This document shows positions 10,801 to 22,481 of a DNA stretch of 64,000 nucleotides, in pieces. The DNA is taken from NCBI GenBank assembly GCA_013239625.1, contig MU053504.1, forward strand, positions 932,001-996,000, read 5' to 3'. The notes under the pieces are model-generated. The model had not been told where the DNA came from. It did not search any database and saw only the letters and a program-made list of their open reading frames with translations. Position 1 is the stretch's first letter. Every line of letters begins with the position of its first letter. Source of the stretch: Lama guanicoe (taxonomy: Eukaryota). Both the position numbers and the translations under genes were made by a program.

Positions 10801-13800
10801 CCCATCTCCCGCAGCTGGTTAGCAGAGCCACGACCCCACTCGGACCCTAGGTCCCCGGATTCTCAGTCCCAGGGCTTCTTTTCCAAGTCCAAACGCCGCA
10901 TGGATCTTACCAGTGACAGGAAAGCCCTCCCCCCACTCTCTCCAACACCAGGATGGGTCCCTCGGGGTGTGAGAGTGGGACAGGTGGGCGTTTTGGACGA
11001 CAAAACTCAAAGGTGATTAAGGATGAGAGGAGCCCTGGGGATGAAGAACAGTGGGGCTGGGCTTAAGTTAGAGCCGAGACAAATAGCGTGGGGGCACAGC
11101 TTCGTGCAAATTTATATACTAGAAGGGTAATTATAAATCTCCGTTATAAATCTCAGCAGCTATAATGGGAGGCGACAGGGACCCAACGCATGAATCATAA
11201 ATACCAAAATGACATCTATTAGGGCACCATTGTTCCTGACACTGTTGTGGGCATTTTGTTGTCTTCAGCTTTGGGGCCTCTAATTAACAGACAAGTCCCA
11301 TCGCTGGGCCCGTTTGTGTGAAGGGCTTGGAGTTGGGGGGTGGGGGAGGGATAAGCCAAACGTCAGGGATCATTATGAATTGTCATCATTATGACAAGAC
11401 TTTCCTCGCTGGCGATGGTGTACTGCGTTGTCGTGGAAACCGCATGCTTATTAGTCACATGCTTTCTGAAGGTTACCGGGTTGTCGGCATCCCTTCACCA
11501 ACGCCTGCTCTCTGATCACTGCCCAGTGGCCTTGGTGACATGCACAAAGAACCAGAACTCCACGAGGCCTGTGATGTTTTCATTCCAATTCTTCCTCGGG
11601 CTTGCGTTCCATCACCACAAACAGCTCATAAAAAAAAAAGCTCAGCCCTCCGGGATGCTGGAAATGTCCTATATGGTGATGTGAGTGGTGATCACGTGGG
11701 TGTGTACATATGTAAGACTCTATCGAGCTACACACTTAAGATTAAGTTCACTTTACAGCATGTATATTGCAGCTTGATTTAAAACCAGTTTTGTTAATAT
11801 CATCTTTTCCTTACTACCAGGAGGATTGTGTCATTTCAATAGGTGTGCGCCTTGCTCAGGTGACACCTAGGAGACCATAATCAGAGGCACCGCCCTTCAA
11901 GAGGGGGCAGCGACCAGTGTCACACACCTCTGTGGGTCAAGTGTATCACAGACTTTACGTTACTGAACCCTAACCTCTGTCCAGAGAAGTCGGTCTTTTT
12001 CTCCCCGTTTGACAGTTTGGAAAGTGAGGCTCAGTCAAGTGCAGTGGCCTGCCCAGAGGCACCCAGGGAAGTAGGATCTGAGCCCAGGTATCTGTGATGG
12101 CTCCCTGGACATGCTCCTTCCAGCTTGTATGGGCAGCTCTCCTTCACCAAGTGAAATGCATCCAAAAGGGGAGTCCAGGACAACAGCATTCTGGAAACCA
12201 TACCATATGGGGAAAACTGAAAAAGAAAAAAAGAAGTGTTTCTCATTAAACAAAAGGTCACAAAATTGTGCTGAGACTAGTCTGTCTCATCCCAAACATG
12301 TTACTGTTTGTTCTGCTCAGTACTTTAAAAAAAAAAATTACTTGCCTACACTGAAATAAAACTGCAAACTCATATTTCTACAGTCTCTTAAAAATCAAAT
12401 CTGGCTACTCTGAGCCCACATTTCCCATCGCACATCCTCTAGTTGGCCCTAGTCCCCCCCACCCCCAGGCCACCCTCACTCACTAGTGGTGAATGTCTAC
12501 TGTTTGGTGGGCTGGCATTCATTCACTCTCCTACTGGGAACCAATTTCCCTCTGAGAAAATTACCCCCTTTCCCACTCCTAGTCCAACTACTTTGAGTTG
12601 GATTGAATCCAGCTCTGGATCCAGTGACCACATGGTTTAATTCTGACCAATCAGAGCATCACATTAATCTGTCTGTCTACAATGACTGGCACTAGCACAG
12701 GATTGGACGTTTGACCCATTCATGAGGTGCCATGAAACATTGATTGGGATTTGCTGTGAAAGCATGCATGCTGGACTCAAGTCTGCCTGGTATAGCCTGG
12801 AGATGCTGTCAGCCATCCTAAAAGCATGTGGAGTCTTAGAATGAGTCCAACACAGGGGAGAGAAGAGCCTAGTGACAGAGAGGTTCTGGTGTCCTTATTG
12901 GGCCCCTGGATCAAGCTCCTCCTGAAGCTAAGTATCTTGGATCTTTCTTTTGTGTGAATCAACAAATACCTGGTTTTTTGTTTGTTTGTTTGCTTCTTTA
13001 ACCTACTTGAGATGGTTGGAGGAAATAATCCCAATCTTAGGTTCCTTCCAACTTGATGATCTTACAAATATCAAAAATGAAATATTCCTCAAGAAAGATT
13101 TCCTGAATACCCTACAGAGATTCCTTCCCCACCCCTATTATCCATTACCAAATCCCAATTGTTTCCTTTAAAAAATGTCCTATATTTTAACTTTAATTTT
13201 AATTTATTTTTAATTTATATTTTGGTTTATGTGTTTATTTCTGTCTCCCCAACTAGACTGTAAGTTCCACAAGAGGTGAGACCTTGTCCATCTTGTTTTC
13301 CTGTACCTCCAGCACCTGGCCAAAGGCTTCAATTACCACTTCGTTGAAAGAATGAGGGAATGAATGAGATCTCTCTGACTCTGTGTTTTCTATGAAGTCA
13401 CTCAGAAAGCCAATGTCCAATGGGAACCCATGAAGTCTGTAGCCACTGAATCTTCTAGCCATATTTAAAAACATCTCATCTATGCCTTTTCATGAGAGAT
13501 GTCATTTTAGTAAAGGACACCATGCCAGCCATTCTCTAGAGTGTTCTTCATCCTTATCACACTCCCCTTTGTCTGGAAACATTTCTCCCTTCCAGTTGGT
13601 CACCCAGCATAGGAGACAGCACCCCTCCCTCCTCTCCCCACTATGTTGCTTGATCTTTGAGCTTTGCCACTGTCCCTTAAGACAATGTTGGAAAGGAAAC
13701 CCTCATTTGCTGAGTGCCTACTATGTCCTAGGACCTTTAGATATTTGATCGCACCTAATCTTCACAGCCACCTTACACAATTGGTACTATTGTCTTTATT

Positions 13801-14011
13801 GTACAGAGGAGGGAACAAAGGCTCAGAGAGGTCAAGTGACTTACCTGAGGCTACACAGATCTCAAATTTAGGGCCATGGCACTCTAAAGTTTGTGTTCTT
13901 TCTATTAGCCTATATTTAGTTTTCTAATCTGAATGTGTGTGTGTGTGTGTATTTTTTTCATTCCACAGTACTCTTTCCTGCAAATGGTCTTTTCACTCTT
14001 GGGGCTGAGGT

Positions 14012-14079
14012 ACACACACACACACACTCACACACACACACGCACAGCCCAAGTCATCAGTATCTTTATTTTATTTATT
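14012..14079 (-). terminator. PDYN: PDYN polyadenylation region: overlapping AATAAA hexamers followed by a GU-rich (TG)n tract
   Basis: Plus-strand tttatt at 14065-14070, 14070-14075 and 14074-14079. (CA)n at ~14012-14045 reads (TG)n downstream on the mRNA strand. Confidence 0.7.
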
Positions 14080-14916
14080 GTACTGGAGAAGTAGGAAACA
14101 ACACAGTCTTGTTGAGGACTAAGCAATACCAAGTAAATTGCATAAATGGGATTTTCAAAAAGCACACAAAGTAACTCTAAAACAATCTATACATTTCAGA
14201 ACATCATGAGAGGCCTGGGGGTTGGGCATGAAGATGTGAGCTCAATAGCGTCTTATACAAAATAACCAAACTCAAGTTCATTTCCTCCCTTATCCAGGCC
14301 AGCCTCCTGGATCCACAAACCAAACCATAGTGCCTGGGGACAAATGAGAGACAGATTCAGAGAGGCAGAGAGAAAGAGACAGACAAAGAGACAGAAGAGA
14401 GGACTCTGACTGAAACCAAAGCATCGGGAGGTCCCTGTCTCTGATTCTGGGTTATCTGAATCAAGGGAACTCATTTGGCCTCAAGCATTTAATCATTTCA
14501 TTCCTCTCTGTGGTTTCACTTGGAGGCATTAAGAGGAAAGAATCATCACGGGGGATAAAGAGGGCCTTTTCCTCTTTCTAGCTGTCGCTTCTGGATTCCC
14601 TTACCCAATGCCCAATGCATATGTTTGGCCAGATGGCTTGGACTCTTGGCAGCAGATTCAGCTGCTCAAGAACACGGTTGTGCTTAACCTCATCAACTTG
14701 ACTCAGCTTCAGTTCATCCTGGGGTTGGAGTGTGATACCAATCAGTTTAATTAGTTTAATGAGGGCTGAGGGAACCGGTCCACATTTTGAGTCTGTTGCA
14801 CAGAACAAATTGGTTTGCCTCGCTCCCTCCTTGGTCCTTTCAGCATTCAGGAGAGCTGCTCTCATTAACCATTTCGGAAAGGGATTTTCACTCCCTTCCC
14901 CTCCTGTGAGGAGTTG

Positions 14917-14937
14917 GGCGCTGTCCAGGGTACCGAC
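14917..14937 (-). promoter_or_regulatory. RE1/NRSE (REST) site in PDYN 3'UTR
   Basis: GTCGGTACCCTGGACAGCGCC versus consensus TTCAGCACCACGGACAGCGCC. The right half is perfect. Confidence 0.7.
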
Positions 14938-15639
14938 ACGGACTGGAATCCAGGAACTGGGTTCTTCAAAAGGTGAGTTTCTAAACAAAGAGAACTCAGA
15001 GTACGTTGACCAAACATTTAACCCACTGGGAGACTGAACCCTAGTGTAGGAATTCCTGCTCCAATAAAAAAGCAGTGTTTGAGCTTTTTACCTAAAACAC
15101 GGTCTCCACATGTAGGTGGATCTTTTGAGGTGTGAGAATAAAATGTTAGGATTTTTATTTGTTTATCTATCTTGTTTTAGATTTCTCTTTTGTATGTTTA
15201 TGATACATATTTACCATATAAATGAATATGTCTGCGTGGGAGGGGGTATGCTCATTTTTTCTTCCGAGAGAAGCATTGAGCAGTAAAGTTTGGAGATCAT
15301 AGATCCAGAGGGATCAAGAAGTCCGTCTGGATTCCAGGAAGTGGGGAGTCACATGAATGGGGTGGAGGGATTGATACTAAAAGCTGCTGCTGGCAGTAGT
15401 TTTAGAAGCATAGGGGCAGAGCCAAGCATTAAGCCTACGGGAGAGGGGACCCTCCATTCTCACCCCTCACTGACCCCAGACAAACACTGCAGAAGACAGG
15501 CAGGCTAGGCTTAAATGTTTTGTAGAAAATGCTGAACTGAGGATGGGGTGGGGGGCCACAGGGGAGGATGAATGAGTGCCTTCCAATCTGGAAGGGCGTC
15601 AGGGGAAGCTCCTGACTCAACTCCGTGGTGGGGAGGGGT

Positions 15640-16281
15640 TCACACATCAAAAAGCTCTTCATAGTAGGCGTTAGGGTCTTCCTGAGACCGAGTAACCACC
15701 TTGAACTGGCGCCTGAGAAAACCGCCATAGCGCTTCTGGTTGTTCCACTTGAGCTTGGGACGGATGCGCCGCAAGAAGCCCCCGTAGCGCTTGTAGAGGT
15801 CCTCATGGCCCACCTTATCCCCATCTTCATCCCCCTCCCCCGCCACCTCTGAGCTCCTCTTGGGGTATTTGCGCAAGAAGCCCCCATAGCGTTTGACCTG
15901 CTTCTTGGGGTGTTTCTCATCGGAATCCAGCGCTCCAGCCTCCATGGTGCTGTCATCTGGCTGGGTGTCCCCCAGCAGCTCAGAGTCTGCTTCCTCCCCT
16001 AACCTGCCGGAAAGACCCCTGAGCTTCTCCTCCAGGCTCCTGCTCAGAGCATTCTCCTCTGTGGGGGTGCTGAGGAGGAATCGGTTTTTTTCCAGCTCCT
16101 TCCAGAAGGGCCCCACGTGCTTGGCCAGCTCACTAGAGCGTTCTTCCAAAGCGGCCTTGCTCTCCAAGTCTTCCTTGCCCTCAAGCCCGAGGCTGAGGGG
16201 AGTGAGAAAAGACAGAAGTCCCTGGCATCTCTCCCACTCCTCAGCAGGCTGTGGGGCAGCCTGGCATTCCAGGGAGCAAAT
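15640..16281 (-). CDS. PDYN: Prodynorphin coding part of exon 4 (213 aa + stop): alpha/beta-neoendorphin, dynorphin A, dynorphin B/leumorphin
   Basis: Acceptor cttttgcag|ATT at 16281. Three KR-YGGFL motifs: [10 protein letters not shown] 15859-15888, [17 protein letters not shown] 15736-15786, [13 protein letters not shown] 15691-15729. Ends ...[13 protein letters not shown]. Confidence 0.99.
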   Translation of the reverse strand: MCSLECQAAPQPAEEWERCQGLLSFLTPLSLGLEGKEDLESKAALEERSSELAKHVGPFWKELEKNRFLLSTPTEENALSRSLEEKLRGLSGRLGEEADSELLGDTQPDDSTMEAGALDSDEKHPKKQVKRYGGFLRKYPKRSSEVAGEGDEDGDKVGHEDLYKRYGGFLRRIRPKLKWNNQKRYGGFLRRQFKVVTRSQEDPNAYYEELFDV

Positions 16282-17695
16282 CTGCAAAAGACCCCCCAAG
16301 ACCACAGTGGTAATGCCACCCCTAGCAAATCATCAAACCACAAGCTCCTGCCCCAGAAAGTCCCCTGTTTAGTGTCTGAGATAATCAAAAAGCCATTACT
16401 AAGCCCCAGGCTGCCCACTTTAACATGCCCACTTTAATGCTCCCAATGGTGCAGTAAAAAGGTAGATGACTTTGTGCCTGTGCGGAAGATGAGGAAACAG
16501 ACGTGGAGAGGTGAATAGCTTCCCCAAGGACACACGGCCACAGGTGACACTGCCAAAACTGGAAGTAAGATCTTCCCGTAGTGCTCTGCTACGCTCACCA
16601 GTAATCTTTTACTTCTGACTCCAGAAGGAGTAGTTGGTTCTCCTAACCTTTCCTAGGTGTGAAAGATGCTGCAAACACTTCATAGAGAGGGACAGAAGCC
16701 AAGCAGAATGGTGGAAAGAACACAGATGAGGGCATGTTTGAAAGTTCATCAAACTGGGGAGATAACAGTATCTACTTCTTAAGAGTAGGGAGAATTCAAA
16801 CATTAGAATGATGTTGATGACCACATTGCAGCGTTGCACAGCCCCAGAACTTGGACCCAGGTTCTAATGCCATGAGTCTTCATGTTTAACCACTGTGCTT
16901 TCCTGAGATCATATATGGGCAGCACCCAGTGCGTTGTCGTGTGCGTCTCAAGAAAGAGCGGCTAGAATTGTATATTTAATATTTTGTATCATCATCTCAG
17001 GGAACCAAACCCATTTTGCAAACAGCTTTCCTGTGTGTCCTTGGGGAAGCTGTTTCACCTCCCCACGTCTGTTTCCTCGTCTTCCGCACAGGCACAGAGA
17101 AGGGGGTTCCAAGGTCATGGAACTAGAAAGTGGCAGAACCAAAGCCTGTGTTCTGTCTGCCACACCCTGCACCTCTGCCCCGGCTGGTCTGCTGTCACGG
17201 GAGAGTCAAAGGGAGAAGCTTGACTCAAAGTAAAGCCAGCAAAGCCGGCCAAGAGGTGCTAAAGTCCCAGGAGAGGGGTCAGGCTCGGATCCTGACAACC
17301 AGATCCTGGCATCCAGCGGTGGTGGGAAGAGCTCCTTCCATGGGAGTGACTAGACTTGGGGGTGCCCATCAGCCTGGTGCAAGCAGCCCTGGAAAGTTCA
17401 TGTAGTGTGGTTGACCCCTGAAGTCAGCCCTGCCTCTTGAATGACGCTCCTTGTTGCCAGGCAACCGGCTCCCTGGAAACCTAAGTGTCTGCCCCAGACC
17501 CGAGGGAGCCCACGGTGGCGAGGTCTGGGGTGGGGACGGGAGCTGGAGAACAGCAGCCCCTGCCGTGCAGGCGGACCCAGGACAGAACATGCCCTGCACA
17601 GGCGGGACCGTCCCTCTCTGGGCTCACACACAGGCGGTCCCTTCCTCGCACGGGTGCCAGGACCTGGGCGTGGAGCAGCCCTGCCTGAAACTCAC

Positions 17696-17824
17696 CAGGG
17701 GGTCGATGGGCTTGGGCCCATCCTGGGTCTTCACGGCACACAAGGAGCACCGGGACAGGCAGTCCGCTGTGGCAGAGGGGAGCGCGAGGAGGCAGGCAGC
17801 CAGCACCAGCCCCTGCCACGCCAT
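17696..17824 (-). CDS. PDYN: Prodynorphin coding part of exon 3 (43 aa: signal peptide and first Cys residues); whole exon 17696-17840
   Basis: [43 protein letters not shown]. Acceptor tccccggcag|G at 17840, donor CTG|gtgagt at 17696/17695. Phase 0 join to exon 4 gives 256 aa. Confidence 0.98.
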
Positions 17825-19297
17825 TCTGGCTTGGCTCTTCCTGCCGGGGAGAGATAAAGAGAAAATGAAATCCGTGGTCGCCCACACTGCGGGGTGTGTC
17901 CTGAGCCTGCAAAGCCATCTCATCAACTTTTGCTGGCAGCCCCGCACCGCAGGGCAAGCGTTCTTGTTCCCATTCCACAGTCCAACCAACAGAGGCCCAG
18001 GGAGGAGCAGCGGGTGCGTAAGGCCAACAGTCCAGGAAGGGCGCTACCAGGGGCTGTGTGCCTGCTGTGTGCTAGGAGCTTTCCTGTGTGGTCACGTTCA
18101 ATCTGCACAAGACTCTTAACGTGGGTAGTGCCATGGGGAAGTTGAGGCTCAGAGAGGAGAAATGATTGCTCACACAGCTAGGAAGTCTGCCAGACTTCAG
18201 AACCCACCAAGCCAGAAGACACTTGTCTACCTGCTTTTCTGTGTTCTCTGGGCCTTCCCTCACTTGCCCTTCTCTCCTGCACTCCAGGCTGTCCCCAGCC
18301 CAGTCCTTTCTGCTGTGGACATTCTCCACCCCAGCACTTCTGCCTGCTCTGGCCAGAGCTCCATCTTCACCAGTCTCCATGCTGGCCTCCCTGCTTCCAG
18401 CTCCTCCCCTGGTCTCTTCTACACACCTCGTAGTGCCTGTCTCATCATATCAATCCTGGGATCAGACCCATCAGGCTGGGTCAGGCCTGGCCCTTCTCCT
18501 AAATGAGGGACACCCTCAATTTCATCCCTACATCCAACTCTTCAGCTCTGGGTTCCCTGTAATTTCCCTAATGAATGGATCAGGCCCTGCCCTACCTCTG
18601 GCCCTTTGTACATGCTATCCCCTCTTCCTGGGAAACTCTCCTCTTCTCTTCTGCTACCTGTCATTTAGGCCCTGGAGGAGACATCACCTCCTCCAGGCAG
18701 CTTTCCCTGACGTACTAGGCTAGATGGGATGTTCTTCCTCTGTGTTTTTCCAGAAATTTGTGCTTCTTCCATGAAAATATCCCACTCTGGATGATTAACT
18801 ATGTGAGTCTTCAGACTTTGGTTCCATGAAGGCAGGAGCTGTATCCTCTTTTTGTCTCTGAAATACTTTCTCTGTGTTCCTCAAATATGCCAGGCTTGCC
18901 CTTACCTCAGGGCATTTGCAGTTCCTGTTTCTCCATCTGCAGGGCTCTGGCCTCAGATCTTCACAGGGCTCACTTCTTCTTGTAATTGAATGAATTAAGT
19001 GTCATGTGCCTGGGGAGGCGTTTGCTGACCCCATCTGTGACTTGGCTTCCTGGGTCTCTCTCGCATCCCCCTGCTTTGTCTGCACTGGAACACTCACCGT
19101 TTCACATTGTCCTATTGTCTGGTGCATGTTGTCAATGTTCTCATTACCGTTCCCCCACTGGAATATTAGCTCCCAAAGGGCATAGACCCTTACTGGCATT
19201 GTCCCTGCTGTACCCTGACCAGTACACTGTAGGTCTTCAACAAATACTAGGCAGATGAAAGAATGCTTCACAAATAGTCTATTAAAAGCTGTCTCAC

Positions 19298-19442
19298 GGG
19301 GAGGGTATAGCTCAGTGGTAGAGTGTGTGCTTAGCATGCATGAGGTCTTGGGTTCAATCCCCAATATCCCCACTTATAAATAAATCAGTAAATAAATAAA
19401 CCTGCCCCACCCAAATTTTTTTAAAAAACAAAACAAAACAAA
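19298..19442 (+). mobile_element. tRNA-derived SINE (Vic-1-like), first of a tandem pair in PDYN intron 2
   Basis: GGGGAGGGTATAGCTCAGTGGTAGAG...GGGTTCAATCCCC followed by an A-rich tail. Confidence 0.9.
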
Positions 19443-19456
19443 AAAAGCTGTCCCGA

Positions 19457-19593
19457 GGGGAGGGTATAGCTCAGTGGTAAAGTGCATGCCTAGCGTGCAT
19501 GAGGTCCTGGGTTCAGTCCCCAGTGCATCCATAAATAAATAAATAAATACGCTAATTACCAACCCCCTCAAACTAAAGCAGAAAACAAAAAAC
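19457..19593 (+). mobile_element. tRNA-derived SINE (Vic-1-like), second of the tandem pair
   Basis: GGGGAGGGTATAGCTCAGTGGTAAAG...GGGTTCAGTCCCC followed by a (TAAA)n tail. Confidence 0.9.
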
Positions 19594-22296
19594 AAAAACT
19601 GTCCCTTTCATAGTTAACTCCTTATAAACCAAATATTGAGACTCAAAGCCATCCAATGGGAGCGCGGTGCAGAACTCCAAGCTAGAAGTGAGGACTTCCC
19701 CTGAGAGCCCCGCCCCGGGCAGGGCCTCCGTGCTCCTCGCAGCCTGGTCCTGGTGGCCTGATGCCTGTACCGCTGCTCTCAGAGACTGCTGTCCTCCCTC
19801 GCTCTTCTGAGTTCCCCGTCCTGCATGCTGCCCTGTTTGCTCAGGGGATACAGGGGTTTGGAGATTCCACCCGTGGCCCCAGGGCCCCACGCTGTAACCC
19901 AGAGTAGCTGGTCTCAAAGCACACAGTAGGTTTCCCTCCAGAGCCTGGCTGGCAATGATCTCCGCCACCAGTGATGAAGCACCTACTGTGATCCAGGCCT
20001 TGACTAAATCCCCACGTCCATCATCTCATTTATTCCTCCCCAGTGAGGTAGCACTTCCAGTTCAGTGAATTCCCTGTGCCCTCCAGTGAGTGGTGAAACT
20101 GGGGGGCAAGGTCCATTCTGTTTGACTCCCCACCCGTGTGCCCTTAATGACTACAATTTCTAAGACAACTTTGATTATTAATAGCTGAGCCCTTTGTGAG
20201 ACCCAGAGGGCCCTGTGCACAGAGCCTTTCCTCGTATATTCTACACAACCCACCTGCCAGCTGTGAGAGGTAGGCATCATTATCCCCACTTCAGAGATGA
20301 GAAAGCTGGGGCTCAGAGAGGTTTGGTAAATCTCCTGAGGTCACACAGCAATTTAAGGAGAGAACTCAAGCTTGTCCACCTCTCTTGAGGCTGGACTAGG
20401 TCTGCGTCCCTAAGCAGGAAGGCTCAGAGGAGAAACCTCAGGGCGGTGGACCTGTGTCCGTCCCACGCTTCTCTCCTTCCTTGAGTTTCTCTCACGCTCT
20501 ATCAACTGCTGAGCGGATTTGGGTTCCAGGCGAGTGAGCGGTGCCATTTCTGTGCAGATACAAAGCAGGCAGCTCCTGTTTTCTGTCACATCAGTGATGG
20601 CTGGGCTGGCTTGACACAAGATTAGCAGTGACTTAACCCACTGAGGGAGGGGCAGCTGTACCACCCTCCAACTCCTGGCCAGGAGCTTCGCACAGTCTGG
20701 CTGCTACGGTAGGAAGCTCAATTTGAGGTCTTTTTGTCCCTGGCAAAAGTAACATCAGCATCCTTTCCTCTCATCCACTAACTTTATATTTAATCATAAT
20801 AGCTCTAGTGGATCGGATGGTTGTTGAGTACTTGAGATGCTCTGAGAAATTCTCCCGATGAACCCATTTATGCTCACAGCAACTCTGTGTGTTGGCTCCT
20901 ACTGGTACGCCCACTTTCCAGATGAGAAAACAGAGTTAAGACACCTGCCACGACACTGGAGCTAGAAAATGACAAAGCTGGAATTTGCACACAAACATTT
21001 GAGCTCTGGAGCCCATGGCCCAGTCCCTTCAATGCACTTCCTCCCCAGACTATAGCTCCTCCCTCCTGGCTCCAGAGCAGCCTCCAATGTTGCCCCTGAG
21101 ACACCCTCCACACAGCAGCCAGAGGACAATTCCAAAATGCCAGTCTGCCCTGCTTCTGGGTTCTCCACTGCCTGTGTCCCTTCCCACCTTAGCCAGGGCT
21201 TTCCTGCTGCCATTGACCAGGCGCTCACTGTTTGCTAGGCCCTGTGATCAGTCCCATATGTGTCTCTGAGTTTTGATGAAATGCAGCTTCAGCTGCCTCC
21301 TCCAGGAAGTCTGCCTGGATTAGGCCCCCTCTTTGAGCTCTCACAGCTATCTGTGTGGCTCTACCATATAATTGCCTCTTCCTGAGTCCCCTGTCAGGGC
21401 AGACTTTGTAAGTGCAGAGTCCAGAGGTGAGAGTGTGCTGTGTTTGAAGATGACAAGTAAGCCAGGTGGGTGTGGGAGCATCAGGGAGGAGACGGGGAGA
21501 AAGCAGAGATGTGGGCACAGGCCAGATGGTGTCAGCCCTAGTAGGCCAAGGTAGTGTTTGCATTTCATTCTAATGTGATGGGAAAACAAGGGACGTTTGA
21601 GTGATGGATGGATGGATGAATGAATGAATGATGTCCCCAGTGGTGAACACGGGGCTAGAATGAGAACAAGAGCTCCACACAAGTGTGTGAGTGAGTAAAC
21701 AGGCAACCCTGGATCCCTCAGAAACCTGGCTTGAATTTTTCTGACTCACATCTTTGTGTCCCCAGAGGAAGCTCACAGATCTGCAGGCTGTCTAAACCAA
21801 CACCTGCTAAAGAAATTCAGCAAATGTGAATGAAACCAGGGAGAGGGGTGAGGGGAGGAAAGAGAATAGGGCAGACGGGAGTGGGGACATACGAGGGAGG
21901 GGGAAACTGAGACCAAGAGAGCCCAATAAGGGGGCGGAGGGAGAGGGAGTGGGAGGAAGTGAAAACCGTCCAAAGAGATAGCAGGGAAGGATGAGGTGGG
22001 TAACTAAAACTGAGCGACAGAGAAGAGGGAAGGCGTTGGGGCTGGGGGCAGAGACAAGGAAACGAAGGGGAGTATGAAGGCTGTATTCCAACCATACTCG
22101 GGCTGCAGGAGATGGAAAAGAAAAAGGCAACAAGGAGTGATAATACACAGACTGGAACAGAACAGAAACTCAAAAAAAGTGGTTGAATGAATTAACTGCC
22201 ATGTGTGGAGAGCCTGCTGGGTGCCGGGGGTCTGAGAGCTCGTATTCATGGTCCCATCAGTCCAACATCAGCCCCACTTCTCAAGAGCCTACTCAG

Positions 22297-22481
22297 GTGA
22301 GGGGTATAGCTCAGCGGTAGGGTGCCTACTCAGCGTATGTGAGGTCCTGGGTTCGGTCCCCAGGACTTCCACTTAAAAAATAAGTAATTAAACAAGCCTG
22401 ATTGCCTCCCCCCAAATTAAATAAATGTTATTTTACAAAAATAAACTAAATGTTCTAAAAGAAGAAAGAAAGAAAAAAAAA
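22297..22481 (+). mobile_element. tRNA-derived SINE (Vic-1-like) in PDYN intron 2
   Basis: GGGGTATAGCTCAGCGGTAG...GGGTTCGGTCCCC and A tail. TSD-like GCCTAC(T/C)CAG on both sides. Confidence 0.85.

Noticed and set aside
15435..15956. 173-aa alternative-frame ORF overlapping PDYN exon 4
   Set aside because: Weak Kozak context and no recognisable domain; long shadow ORFs are expected in GC-rich coding DNA.
17441..18723. Several long ORFs (138-222 aa) around exon 3
   Set aside because: Antisense or out-of-frame products of GC-rich sequence and probable repeat remnants; no protein-like features.
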